Source of the DNA: a virus
Direction: 5' to 3' (one strand)
Length of the DNA stretch: 64,000 nt
IMG/VR virus record: IMGVR_UViG_3300033146_003479
Span: 32,001-96,000 of that record
Shown here: piece by piece, positions 30,183-39,037 of the stretch
How the letters are laid out: each line of letters opens with the position of its first letter
Numbering within the stretch: position 1 is the first letter of the stretch
Translations under genes and position numbers: made by a program
Notes under the pieces: model-generated
Told to the model about the DNA's origin: nothing
The model's input: the letters and a program-made list of their open reading frames with translations, nothing else
The model's database searches: none

Positions 30183-31622
30183 CTATCCTAACTTTAAATA
30201 CACACAAGATAACTCATTTATCTTCAATGCTCCTTTATAAAATTCACCTAAAGTTTCAGATAATAAATCATTTTCATATAAAATAGCAAAGTCATAAAAA
30301 TATTTCAATCCTTCTATCTTCGAAATGATATAATTATCTAAAATCATTCTTTCTTGAATATTTATACTTTTCTTTGATTTATCTAATTCTAATAAAAAAT
30401 TCACAAAATCAGTATCATCTCGAAAGTTACTAATAAATTTCTCCTTAAATGCTCTTTGACAAACAGAAAACATTTCTCTCCATATATGAGGATATCGCAA
30501 TATCTCATCCTTTCGTTTTAATCGACCAACGGATAACGATTCGAATTGTTTAAAATGAGAATCTATAATCTTCGTTGGGATTTTACCATATCTAGCAATG
30601 GCCTTTTTACTTTTTCCTTCAATTTGAATGTTCCCGCTCATCCATGGATACTGCTTTAATTGACAATATAAATCTTTCTCCTCATCATTCACTTTACCTG
30701 TAGCATAGAATGTAGTATCTCTAGATTGCAATGTTCTATGTGAGGTATCACTCCATCGCATAAAAAATCGAATTTCTGATAAATCCCAATCGTTCACTCG
30801 AATTCGATCTAAATTAAAAGTCTCACATTTATTATTATCAGCATTAATTTTCTTTAATGAAATGGGAATCAATATTTTACTTAAAAAACAAGACTCAATA
30901 TACTCATTGATATGATGAATGTTTCCATTTTCATAATTTACAATCTCCGATAATTCATCTAGAATTACTCTCTCACTTTGAATATCAACAAGCCAAATGT
31001 CCGCAGGATTCCAAGTTGATATTTTAGTAAATCGAGAAATTAAAGCATAAAATTCATCAATAAACTTCGATTTTCTATACACCTCGTATTCTTTTTTATC
31101 AGAATTTGACAAAAAAAATTGGATAAGTTTTGCCTGATACTCAAATGATTTTCTCCAATCTAGAGTAATTTGAGGATAGATATTCATAATATCCGATTCA
31201 TCAGGAAATACACCATCATTAATAATACTTTTAATATATAAACTAGAACACAACTCCTGTTGCTTCGTGAACATTGAGCCTTGAGAATTACTCGTACTAT
31301 TAATCCCTTTAAATTTATTTATTTTGGCTACATCATTTAATTTTATTTGAGTGAAAGTGTCATCATCATTCTTAACTACTATTGCTGGTATATATCGAGA
31401 ATTCATCTTAAACGTATCCAATATATCTCCCGTTTGAGGAGACACATTTTCTCGCAGAAGTTGTATTAAGTGTCTATTAAACTTGGATTCTATAATTTTC
31501 TTATTCCCATTCACTAATTCAATTTCAGAATCAAATTCTAAGATATCGGCTAAAATTTCTTGTCTAGTTTTTTTTAAATCATTATTGATTTTATAAAGAT
31601 CTTCTATTTTCAATCCTTGCAT
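30183..31622 (-). CDS. Conserved T4-like phage protein with WNPADIW motif, putative PD-(D/E)XK-like nuclease
   Basis: QQELCSSLY, TWNPADIWLV and IPISLKK motifs; TAATG-coupled to uvsY. Confidence 0.5.
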   Translation of the reverse strand: MQGLKIEDLYKINNDLKKTRQEILADILEFDSEIELVNGNKKIIESKFNRHLIQLLRENVSPQTGDILDTFKMNSRYIPAIVVKNDDDTFTQIKLNDVAKINKFKGINSTSNSQGSMFTKQQELCSSLYIKSIINDGVFPDESDIMNIYPQITLDWRKSFEYQAKLIQFFLSNSDKKEYEVYRKSKFIDEFYALISRFTKISTWNPADIWLVDIQSERVILDELSEIVNYENGNIHHINEYIESCFLSKILIPISLKKINADNNKCETFNLDRIRVNDWDLSEIRFFMRWSDTSHRTLQSRDTTFYATGKVNDEEKDLYCQLKQYPWMSGNIQIEGKSKKAIARYGKIPTKIIDSHFKQFESLSVGRLKRKDEILRYPHIWREMFSVCQRAFKEKFISNFRDDTDFVNFLLELDKSKKSINIQERMILDNYIISKIEGLKYFYDFAILYENDLLSETLGEFYKGALKINELSCVYLKLG

Positions 31623-32062
31623 TATCTATCACCATTTGTGAAACGGTCATACTTCAAAGCGAAATCTAAAGCATATGACTTTTGAGTTAATAAATTCTTA
31701 ATGTCAGTCAAAAATTCCAATTTAGTATTAATATGTTGAACATCTTGTTGAATTTGATTCCATTCTAAATCTGCCTCTATAGCAATTCTCATATCAGTTT
31801 TATTTGAAAATTTCACTTTCGAATTCATTCTTAAATCCAAATAAATCTCATATTCTTTTTTTCGCATTTTCTCTTCAAGATTATTATTCATCATTCGACA
31901 TTGAGCCATTAATCGAACTACCTTATGCATATGTGAAGGTAAATCCAACATTTCCTCTCTCATATTACTTCGATCAACTTCTACCATGCGTTGAAATTCA
32001 TTTAAACTTGTTTCTGGGAATATATTTTTATATCTCTCAGTATTTAATGCTTGATTTGACAT
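31622..32062 (-). CDS. uvsY: UvsY recombination mediator
   Basis: Helical 146 aa; C-terminal KSYALDFALKYDRFTNG resembles the UvsY IK.AI.W.KF..G pattern. Confidence 0.8.
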   Translation of the reverse strand: MSNQALNTERYKNIFPETSLNEFQRMVEVDRSNMREEMLDLPSHMHKVVRLMAQCRMMNNNLEEKMRKKEYEIYLDLRMNSKVKFSNKTDMRIAIEADLEWNQIQQDVQHINTKLEFLTDIKNLLTQKSYALDFALKYDRFTNGDR

Positions 32063-32179
32063 ATAGACCTCTCATCATAATATTATTATTCTTACCTCTA
32101 AGTGTATTTATAAGGTTCATAATAATATATCAATGGAGATGGTTTTTAACGAATAAAATGAAAAAGATGGACAAATAAA

Positions 32180-32205
32180 AAAGGCTCTCTTAAAAGAGAG
32201 CCTTT
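32180..32205 (-). terminator. Rho-independent terminator after gp32
   Basis: AAAGGCTCTCT-TAAA-AGAGAGCCTTT stem-loop with a T run on the minus strand. Confidence 0.85.
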
Positions 32206-32225
32206 CAATTAGAAAAAGGAGATGA

Positions 32226-33200
32226 TTATTTTTCTAAATCTTTAAAGTATGATGCAAAGTCATCTGCTTCTGTTGAGTCCTCACTTTTCAAACTTTCATC
32301 TTCAGTTTGACGACCTCTTCTAGATGAAGTTTCTTTTTCTAAGTCATCGAGAACATCTTTCTTTGTTGCTGAATATACTTTCGAATCACTTTCTCTAGAT
32401 GTAGTTTCAACATCTGGATTTGCACTTGAATCTTTTTCAAGACCTACTGACGACAGGAATTTTGTAAGTTTATCATCCTGTTCATCATAAGTTTTATATG
32501 AAGTGTCATTAATGACTTCTTGAAGATCATAAAGATTGTCTTCAATTTTATTCCATGTTAATGTTTTGAACTCAGGATCATTCTTATGTGATTCATTAAT
32601 TTGCTCAATACTCTTCTCAACGACAGTTGGAACTGCGAATTCACTAGATGTCCAAGTTGCATAACCTGAACTTGTATCTTTCTTCACTTTAATCTTGAAA
32701 TTAGCACCTTCATCTGGATCAAAAAATATGAGTGGTTCTTCTCCAGCAAATGTTGGGAAAAGTTTCTCTTGAATTATCTTAAAAAGTTGAGGTCCGAATT
32801 CGAAAAGAAATTGTTTACCTTCATTTGCGGGATTTCCTGGATCACTAACGACTAAAATATTTGAGTAATATGATTTCTTTCTATATGTTTTTTGCTCTTT
32901 AACCCAATCAGATGGTTGCGATTTATTCCACTCACAAATTGCACATGGCTTTCCAATTGTAGTTGGACATTTATCGATCATGAATCGTTTTCCAATATTA
33001 ATTGAATGCTTAAATACTGGTCTAAATGGAAGACCATCAACTTTTGAATCCGGTAAAAATCTAATAACAGCAAACCCATTAGAATCTTTATCTCTTGTTA
33101 ATTGCCAAAATCTCTCATCTCTTTGTTTTGAACCGTTAACACATGTCTGTTTTGTGTTAATTAAAATTTCTGAATAATTCCTCTTTTTTCTCTTTGTCAT
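32226..33200 (-). CDS. gp32: Single-stranded DNA-binding protein (T4 gp32)
   Basis: DERFWQL..GFAVIRFLP, CPTTIGKPCAICE, YYSNILVVSDP.NP.NEGK, EGANFKIK and acidic tail. Confidence 0.95.
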   Translation of the reverse strand: MTKRKKRNYSEILINTKQTCVNGSKQRDERFWQLTRDKDSNGFAVIRFLPDSKVDGLPFRPVFKHSINIGKRFMIDKCPTTIGKPCAICEWNKSQPSDWVKEQKTYRKKSYYSNILVVSDPGNPANEGKQFLFEFGPQLFKIIQEKLFPTFAGEEPLIFFDPDEGANFKIKVKKDTSSGYATWTSSEFAVPTVVEKSIEQINESHKNDPEFKTLTWNKIEDNLYDLQEVINDTSYKTYDEQDDKLTKFLSSVGLEKDSSANPDVETTSRESDSKVYSATKKDVLDDLEKETSSRRGRQTEDESLKSEDSTEADDFASYFKDLEK

Positions 33201-33530
33201 GATTAAACTCCTTAATCCTTGTAATAACTAAAATAAACCTAACATCTTAAACTTCATAATATATTTAGTGTTTTAAATGTATTACATATAAACCAAAAAC
33301 ACTAAACACTAAACATTAGAAGTTCGATTGCTTATAAAATAATATATCAAATGAAATGACTTTTTAAATAATTTATTAGCCATTTTTCGAAAAAACATTT
33401 AAATGTAATATTTGGACATTTATTTCATTAACAATTCATTAAACTTACGTTGCAATGGAGAAATAATCATTTAAAAAATAATTATTTCCGATACATTATA
33501 ATCCTAAAAATGAGATTAAAATATATTGGA

Positions 33531-33957
33531 GATCATCTTTGATGAATCAAAATTGGTACAATTTTGATCTCTTTTTCGAAGAAAAAGAGTAATAGGTGTT
33601 CTGAAAATTAAGAATAAATGAAATTTTTTATTATTAATATTATCAATTACTTATTAATGAATGGACAAATAATTTTAAAAATAAATGTCAATGTAGATAT
33701 ATTCATTAGTCCTAGAAAAGAAAAAGAAGAAAAAAATAAGGATAGGATAGGATAATAAGGATAGGATAGGATAATAAGGATAGGATAGGATAATAAGGAT
33801 AGGATAGGATAATAAGGATAGGATAGGATAATAAGGATAGGATAGGATAATAAGAATTATCAATTTACATAAAAATTATTTTTTCAGAACACCTATTACT
33901 CTTTTTCTTCGAAAAAGAGATCAAAATTGTACCAATTTTGATACATCAAAGATGATC
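33531..33957. repeat. 77-bp inverted repeat pair (33531-33607 / 33881-33957), 1 mismatch, putative replication origin
   Basis: Direct comparison of the arms. Each arm contains ATCAAAATTG-gta-CAATTTTGAT and CTCTTTTTC-gaa-GAAAAAGAG palindromes (mirrored in the right arm). Located at the strand switch. Confidence 0.9.
33735..33854. repeat. Tandem array 6 x 19 bp (AATAAGGATAGGATAGGAT) plus 6 bp
   Basis: Six identical copies counted directly; no spacers. Confidence 0.95.
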
Positions 33958-34125
33958 CAATAATCATTATATTATAAATGTATAATCTTAATACTTTATT
34001 TTATTTTGGAGATTAATATTAATAAATGGACATATTAATGATATATTAATTATATAAAATTTGATTTTAATAAAAATATATGTTACATTAATAATGTTTT
34101 TATTAATTAAAAAAAGGAAATTATT

Positions 34126-36078
34126 ATGAAAAAGCAAATTGAAAAATTACAAACTATCATTAAACGTTCCAAAGAATTATATTATCATGGATTAATAAAT
34201 GATCCGGATTATATAACAGATCAAGAATATGATCAATTAGAAAAAGAATTAAAATCATTGGATCCTAATAATGAAATTTTAGATTATGTAGGATATGACA
34301 TATCTCAATCAACATTTAATAAAATTAAACATGTGGATAAAATGACTTCATTGGGAAAAGCATACACTGAAGAGGATATGCTACGTTGGAGAAAAGATTT
34401 TAATGATAATTTAAATATTATTGAATCTTTAAAAATGGATGGATTCGCAATAGAATTGGTTTATGAATGTGGTGAAGGTTCAGAATTTCAGGTAGAATAT
34501 ATTTTAAAGGAAGCATCTACAAGAGGAGATGGATTTATTGGAGAAGATATTACAGAAAATGTTAAAATGATTTCAGATATTCCTCATAGAATCATTATTA
34601 ATAATGATGATTTAAAAAAAGTAAATTCCACTATTAGAATTAGAGGAGAGATATTTATGAAAACAAGTATCTTTAATGAACTTCTAAAAGAAAATATCAT
34701 TGATGGAGAATCAAGAATTAGAAATATTGCTCCTGGATCAGTTAGACAAAAAGATCCTCTCGTTACTAAAAGAAGAAAACTAAACTTTTTTGCTTATGAT
34801 ATTAAAGGATGTGAATTTGATACATATAGTCAAAAAATGGAGTTTTTAAACAAAATGAAGATCCCAACAGTTCCAATGAATAAAATATCATTCGATGATA
34901 TGACGACTATGTATAACTCAATAATAATTAAAAAAGAGTTGATGGATTATCCCATCGATGGAGTAGTATTCAGATTAGATAATGAAGATGAATTTCAAAG
35001 TGCAGGAGAAACATCCCATCATCCAAAGGGATCTATTGCTTGGAAGTTTGAGGCTGAAACAGGAGTGAGTGTTTTGAGAAAAGTTGAATGGCAAGTAACA
35101 CGAACTGGACTTATTAATCCGGTAGGAAAATATGATCCAGTTGAAGTTGATGGAGCAATTTTAAGTGCCGCAACATTACATAACATTTCTCAGATGATGC
35201 GTTTAGATATTGGTATTGGAGATGAGATTGAAGTTGCTAGACAAGGTGGAGTGATTCCTAAAATATTCAGAGTTGTTTCAAAATCTTCAGCGGATAGTAC
35301 AGTGATAATTCCCTCAGAATGTCCAATATGTCATAAGCCAACTGAAATAGAAACTTCAGATGATGGTATAAAAACTTTACATTGCACAAATCATTTTTGT
35401 CCAGCAATCATGAAAGATCGTTTGAATCATTTTTGTAAAGTGATGGGTATAAAGGGAGTTTCTGATGCAATAATTAGTAAGTTGTATGATGAAAAGTTAG
35501 TTACAACTTTCGCTAATTTCTATGAATTGAAGATTGAAGATATTTTAAAATTAGATGGATTCAAACAGCGATCATCTGAAAAAATTATAAATGCAATTCA
35601 AGGACAACGAGAAGTTTCGTTTAATGTATTTTTAAGATCTTTGGGAATTCACACTTTAGGTAAAACATCATCGAAACTAATTGCAGATCGTTGTAACTCA
35701 ATAGAAGCGTTGGATGAATTAGAATTATCTGAGATTGAAGGTATTGGAGAAATTGGAGAAAATAGTATTAGAGAGGGGCTATTAGAGAATGAAGAATTAA
35801 TCACTCATTTATTGCAATATGTGACTATATCTATGGTGGACGAAACTATCTCTGAAGGTAAATTACAGAATCTTAATTTTTGTATAACTGGAAAACTTTC
35901 CGATAAGAAAATGATTCAATCCTTGATAGAATCCGCGGGAGGGAATATATTATCATCTGTGAGTTCTAAACTCGACTATTTGATATACGGTGATAAAGCA
36001 GGTAGCAAATTAGATAAAGCAAAGAAGAATAATGTTCCAATAATCACAGAAGATGAGTTCATGCTCATGTTAAAATGA
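34126..36078 (+). CDS. ligA: NAD+-dependent DNA ligase with BRCT domain
   Basis: KMDG adenylation motif, TRGDG..GEDITEN, IRGEIF, PIDGVV, WQVTRTG, ATLHN, C4 Zn finger, HhH and BRCT (FCITGKL). Confidence 0.97.
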   Translation: MKKQIEKLQTIIKRSKELYYHGLINDPDYITDQEYDQLEKELKSLDPNNEILDYVGYDISQSTFNKIKHVDKMTSLGKAYTEEDMLRWRKDFNDNLNIIESLKMDGFAIELVYECGEGSEFQVEYILKEASTRGDGFIGEDITENVKMISDIPHRIIINNDDLKKVNSTIRIRGEIFMKTSIFNELLKENIIDGESRIRNIAPGSVRQKDPLVTKRRKLNFFAYDIKGCEFDTYSQKMEFLNKMKIPTVPMNKISFDDMTTMYNSIIIKKELMDYPIDGVVFRLDNEDEFQSAGETSHHPKGSIAWKFEAETGVSVLRKVEWQVTRTGLINPVGKYDPVEVDGAILSAATLHNISQMMRLDIGIGDEIEVARQGGVIPKIFRVVSKSSADSTVIIPSECPICHKPTEIETSDDGIKTLHCTNHFCPAIMKDRLNHFCKVMGIKGVSDAIISKLYDEKLVTTFANFYELKIEDILKLDGFKQRSSEKIINAIQGQREVSFNVFLRSLGIHTLGKTSSKLIADRCNSIEALDELELSEIEGIGEIGENSIREGLLENEELITHLLQYVTISMVDETISEGKLQNLNFCITGKLSDKKMIQSLIESAGGNILSSVSSKLDYLIYGDKAGSKLDKAKKNNVPIITEDEFMLMLK

Positions 36079-36131
36079 ATTATATGATTCCATAAAAATT
36101 ATAAATAATGTAAAATGTTTGTGGAGTTATC

Positions 36132-36713
36132 ATGTCAAAAAAAGTATTGTTGTATATTGATGATTTTAATATGATCTCAAAGGAGATTCAAAAGAATCTG
36201 AATACATTGAAGCAAAAGTTGAAGTCGATGAAGAGTGTTCAAAAATGTATAATTTTAATTAAACAGGAGACTAATGATTTACTCACTGTAACAGAAAGGA
36301 AGCATTTATTAAATAAGACCTTAGATTCAGATAAGCAATTTGTGATCAAAACTACTAAATTAGCGAAGACATTTAAAATAATGAAGAAATTTGAAACCTC
36401 TAATATTGAAATTGAAACTATTTATGTTGACTCTAAGGATAAAAATTTCTTTGAATCAGGATTAAAAGGTCTCCCAATAAAGATTCAATCGTTTGATACT
36501 AAAGATCGAACTAATGATATCGTCGATGCTATTTCTAAAAATGAATATAAGAAGTATGTCAATTTAGTTCCAACTCCACTCATTGATGAATGGGAGTGGA
36601 TGAAAGAGAAGTTGTCTGGTAGAATGAAAGAGAGTGTTAATCCACATCTTTCATTGATGAATGATAGATTTTCTAAGATTTTAGAATTGATGGAGAATAA
36701 ATATGGAGATTAG
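36132..36713 (+). CDS. Degenerate HIGH-family nucleotidyltransferase-like protein (HxGH lost)
   Basis: DDFN, NDLLTVTERK.LL, IYVDSKD...F and AISKNEYKKYVNLVP line up with phage cytidyltransferase-like proteins; TATAAATA at 36100-36107. Confidence 0.45.
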   Translation: MSKKVLLYIDDFNMISKEIQKNLNTLKQKLKSMKSVQKCIILIKQETNDLLTVTERKHLLNKTLDSDKQFVIKTTKLAKTFKIMKKFETSNIEIETIYVDSKDKNFFESGLKGLPIKIQSFDTKDRTNDIVDAISKNEYKKYVNLVPTPLIDEWEWMKEKLSGRMKESVNPHLSLMNDRFSKILELMENKYGD

Positions 36714-36861
36714 TAGAGATGAGTTGTTAGGTTTGGTAGAAATTGCTATTAGAGAGGTTGAACGTCAATGTTTAACGGAGAAGATTAAACTTGACATTAT
36801 GAATGTGGTAAATCAAAAAGTAGATGATAAGGTCTTAGAACTATTCAATAAGGTTAAATAA
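36703..36861 (+). CDS. Small hypothetical protein (52 aa, not in track)
   Basis: GGAG RBS; MEISRDELLGLVEIAIREVERQCLTEKIK...FNKVK*. Confidence 0.5.
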   Translation: MEISRDELLGLVEIAIREVERQCLTEKIKLDIMNVVNQKVDDKVLELFNKVK

Positions 36862-36908
36862 ACTCGCAATTTTCCAAAAAATATGATATAATATATTGAA
36901 ACTTAACA

Positions 36909-37514
36909 ATGTTGGAGTATATTTTGGATAAATTAGACCGATTACTAAAGGAAGTTGAGCGAATGTCGATAACTGAATATAATGAATTTTATACTAAAAC
37001 TAAAGAACAAATTGATGGTGGTTTAACATTAGATATTTTTGATTTCGATGTGACTCTTTGTTGTACCGATTCAAAAGTTATAAAGACTAATGCTGATGGA
37101 ACAATTCAAAAACTATCGTCCACGGAGTTTAATAATATTAATGATTCAACGCTTGATAAATCATCTCTTGACTTTTCAGAATTTCATGAGTTAATTAATC
37201 CTAAAGTGAATGAAGATGTCCTTCAAGCATTTCGATTTTCATTGAAAAATAGTCGAGTGATTATATTGACTGCGAGACAATCTTCGATTCCAATTAGAGA
37301 ATTCTTAACTATGAATAATTTACCTCAAATTCCCATTTATTGTGATGAATTTAAAAGAGAATTTATTGAGAATATAATTTTAAGTGGTACCACATCTAGT
37401 ATAAATTTCTTCGAAGATGCTCCAAATTACATTCGAGATGCTAGACTTTTACAGAGAAAGTATCCTAATTTTAATTTAAATATTCATGAAACTTCTTTGG
37501 ATGGGTTTGCATAA
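36909..37514 (+). CDS. HAD-superfamily phosphatase (Pnkp-phosphatase-like)
   Basis: IFDFDVTL (DxDxT), IILTAR, KREFI and FFEDAPNY motifs. Confidence 0.8.
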   Translation: MLEYILDKLDRLLKEVERMSITEYNEFYTKTKEQIDGGLTLDIFDFDVTLCCTDSKVIKTNADGTIQKLSSTEFNNINDSTLDKSSLDFSEFHELINPKVNEDVLQAFRFSLKNSRVIILTARQSSIPIREFLTMNNLPQIPIYCDEFKREFIENIILSGTTSSINFFEDAPNYIRDARLLQRKYPNFNLNIHETSLDGFA

Positions 37515-39037
37515 TGATTGATATAAAAATAAAGAATTTAACAAAAGTTTTAACTAGTGATAAAAAAATCAAAGAATTCTTTAATGATGAATATGTCATT
37601 ACTGAAAAGTTTGATGGGACAAAATTAACAATAACTAGAAATAGTGTTGAGTTCGATAAAAGGAATTATAGTAACAATTGGATAATATCATATAAGGGAA
37701 ATGTAATTCTAAGAGATGAGATTGATAATATTAAATTGAAAAGTGTTCGAGATCACTCGATAGGAATTTCTCAATATGCATTAGTTCATGAGCATATGCG
37801 ACGAATTCATAAAAAAACAGAACAGATTCCTACAAATACTGAATTTTTTATAGAATTTATAATGAGAAAGCCGACATTAACTAGAAAGTATAAAATTTAT
37901 CATTCATTAGTTTTTTTAAAGTGTGAACGAGTAATTTTTACTACTGATGATTTAGAGTATGTGTCATCGTCGGGTTCTCAGGTGTTTGGTAAGATTTCTC
38001 CATTCGAACAATTGCAATTTGCTAATACTTTAAATCTTCACTCGTTACCTATTTTATATGAAGGTAAATTACATTATAACAAATTGGACTGGAGAAAATC
38101 GTTAGATAGTATAATTGACACATTCACTTCTTTCGAATCGATTTTTGGAGGAACTCCTGAAGGAGTAGTATTACGTTCTATTAATAATCAGTATAAGATA
38201 GTTCAGTTGGATCAATATGATAGACGAACTAGAGATATTATTAAAAATCAGTGGAGAATGGCTGACGTTGAGGAGACTGAATATTGGGATAAAGTTTATC
38301 AATTATCATCGAATTGGGTATCATTAGTAAAGAAGAATAATCCTGATTATAATGTTCGATGTATGTTGAGAGAATTGAGTGATAATATATATAGTAGACG
38401 ACCTAAGGTATTGCATACTAAAAAGAAGGTCATTAATCGACAAGATGATATTTATTTGACTAGTAAAATAATGATTAAAAAATTATTAGATATTGGTATT
38501 AACACTAAAACATTAGGACTTATTCCTATGGCGGCTAAACCTCTACATAAAGGACACTGGAGTTTAATTGAAAAGGCGAGTCGTGAGTGTGATAAAGTCA
38601 TAATTTTCACATCAACAATTAGTCGAGAGTTTATGAGTATTAAATCAGTTAATGCTATGTGGGCAATAATTAAGCCTAATTTACCTGAAAATGTTAGTGT
38701 GAGAGTTGTCGCTTCTCCTATTAATTCGGTGAATAGAGAGTTAGCGTACTATGATATTGTTGGTAAAAGTCCTATTCCAGAAATCCATGTATATGGTGGA
38801 AATAAAGATGCTAATGTGTGGAGGAATGTTGTTAAACAAAATGTTAAATTAACTAACAATGATAAAATATTTGTGCATTTATTAGATACTAATATTGTTA
38901 ACATTAGTGGTTCTCAGATGAGAGAATTTGTGCGATTAAATGATAAAGTATCTTTTATTGATGGACTTCCCAAAGGGTTTTCTGATAAATGTAAGATTGA
39001 TATATGGAATCTGTTATATAATTTGGAGGAAAAATGA
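37514..39037 (+). CDS. Fusion: RNA/DNA-ligase-type adenylation domain plus HIGH-family nucleotidyltransferase
   Basis: Ligase motifs I TEKFDG, III FFIEF, IV PEGVVL, V YKIV; C-domain KPLHKGH (HxGH) and ISGSQMR. Confidence 0.75.
   Translation: MIDIKIKNLTKVLTSDKKIKEFFNDEYVITEKFDGTKLTITRNSVEFDKRNYSNNWIISYKGNVILRDEIDNIKLKSVRDHSIGISQYALVHEHMRRIHKKTEQIPTNTEFFIEFIMRKPTLTRKYKIYHSLVFLKCERVIFTTDDLEYVSSSGSQVFGKISPFEQLQFANTLNLHSLPILYEGKLHYNKLDWRKSLDSIIDTFTSFESIFGGTPEGVVLRSINNQYKIVQLDQYDRRTRDIIKNQWRMADVEETEYWDKVYQLSSNWVSLVKKNNPDYNVRCMLRELSDNIYSRRPKVLHTKKKVINRQDDIYLTSKIMIKKLLDIGINTKTLGLIPMAAKPLHKGHWSLIEKASRECDKVIIFTSTISREFMSIKSVNAMWAIIKPNLPENVSVRVVASPINSVNRELAYYDIVGKSPIPEIHVYGGNKDANVWRNVVKQNVKLTNNDKIFVHLLDTNIVNISGSQMREFVRLNDKVSFIDGLPKGFSDKCKIDIWNLLYNLEEK

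Noticed and set aside
33735-33854. CRISPR array
   Set aside because: The 19-bp units are directly adjacent with no unique spacers, and there are no cas genes.
33675-33863. 62-aa minus-strand ORF (ILSYPYYPILSLL repeats)
   Set aside because: It is the translation of the tandem array with no RBS; spurious.
33524-33963. MITE/IS with terminal inverted repeats
   Set aside because: No target-site duplication is evident and there is no transposase in the window; retained only as an origin-like element.
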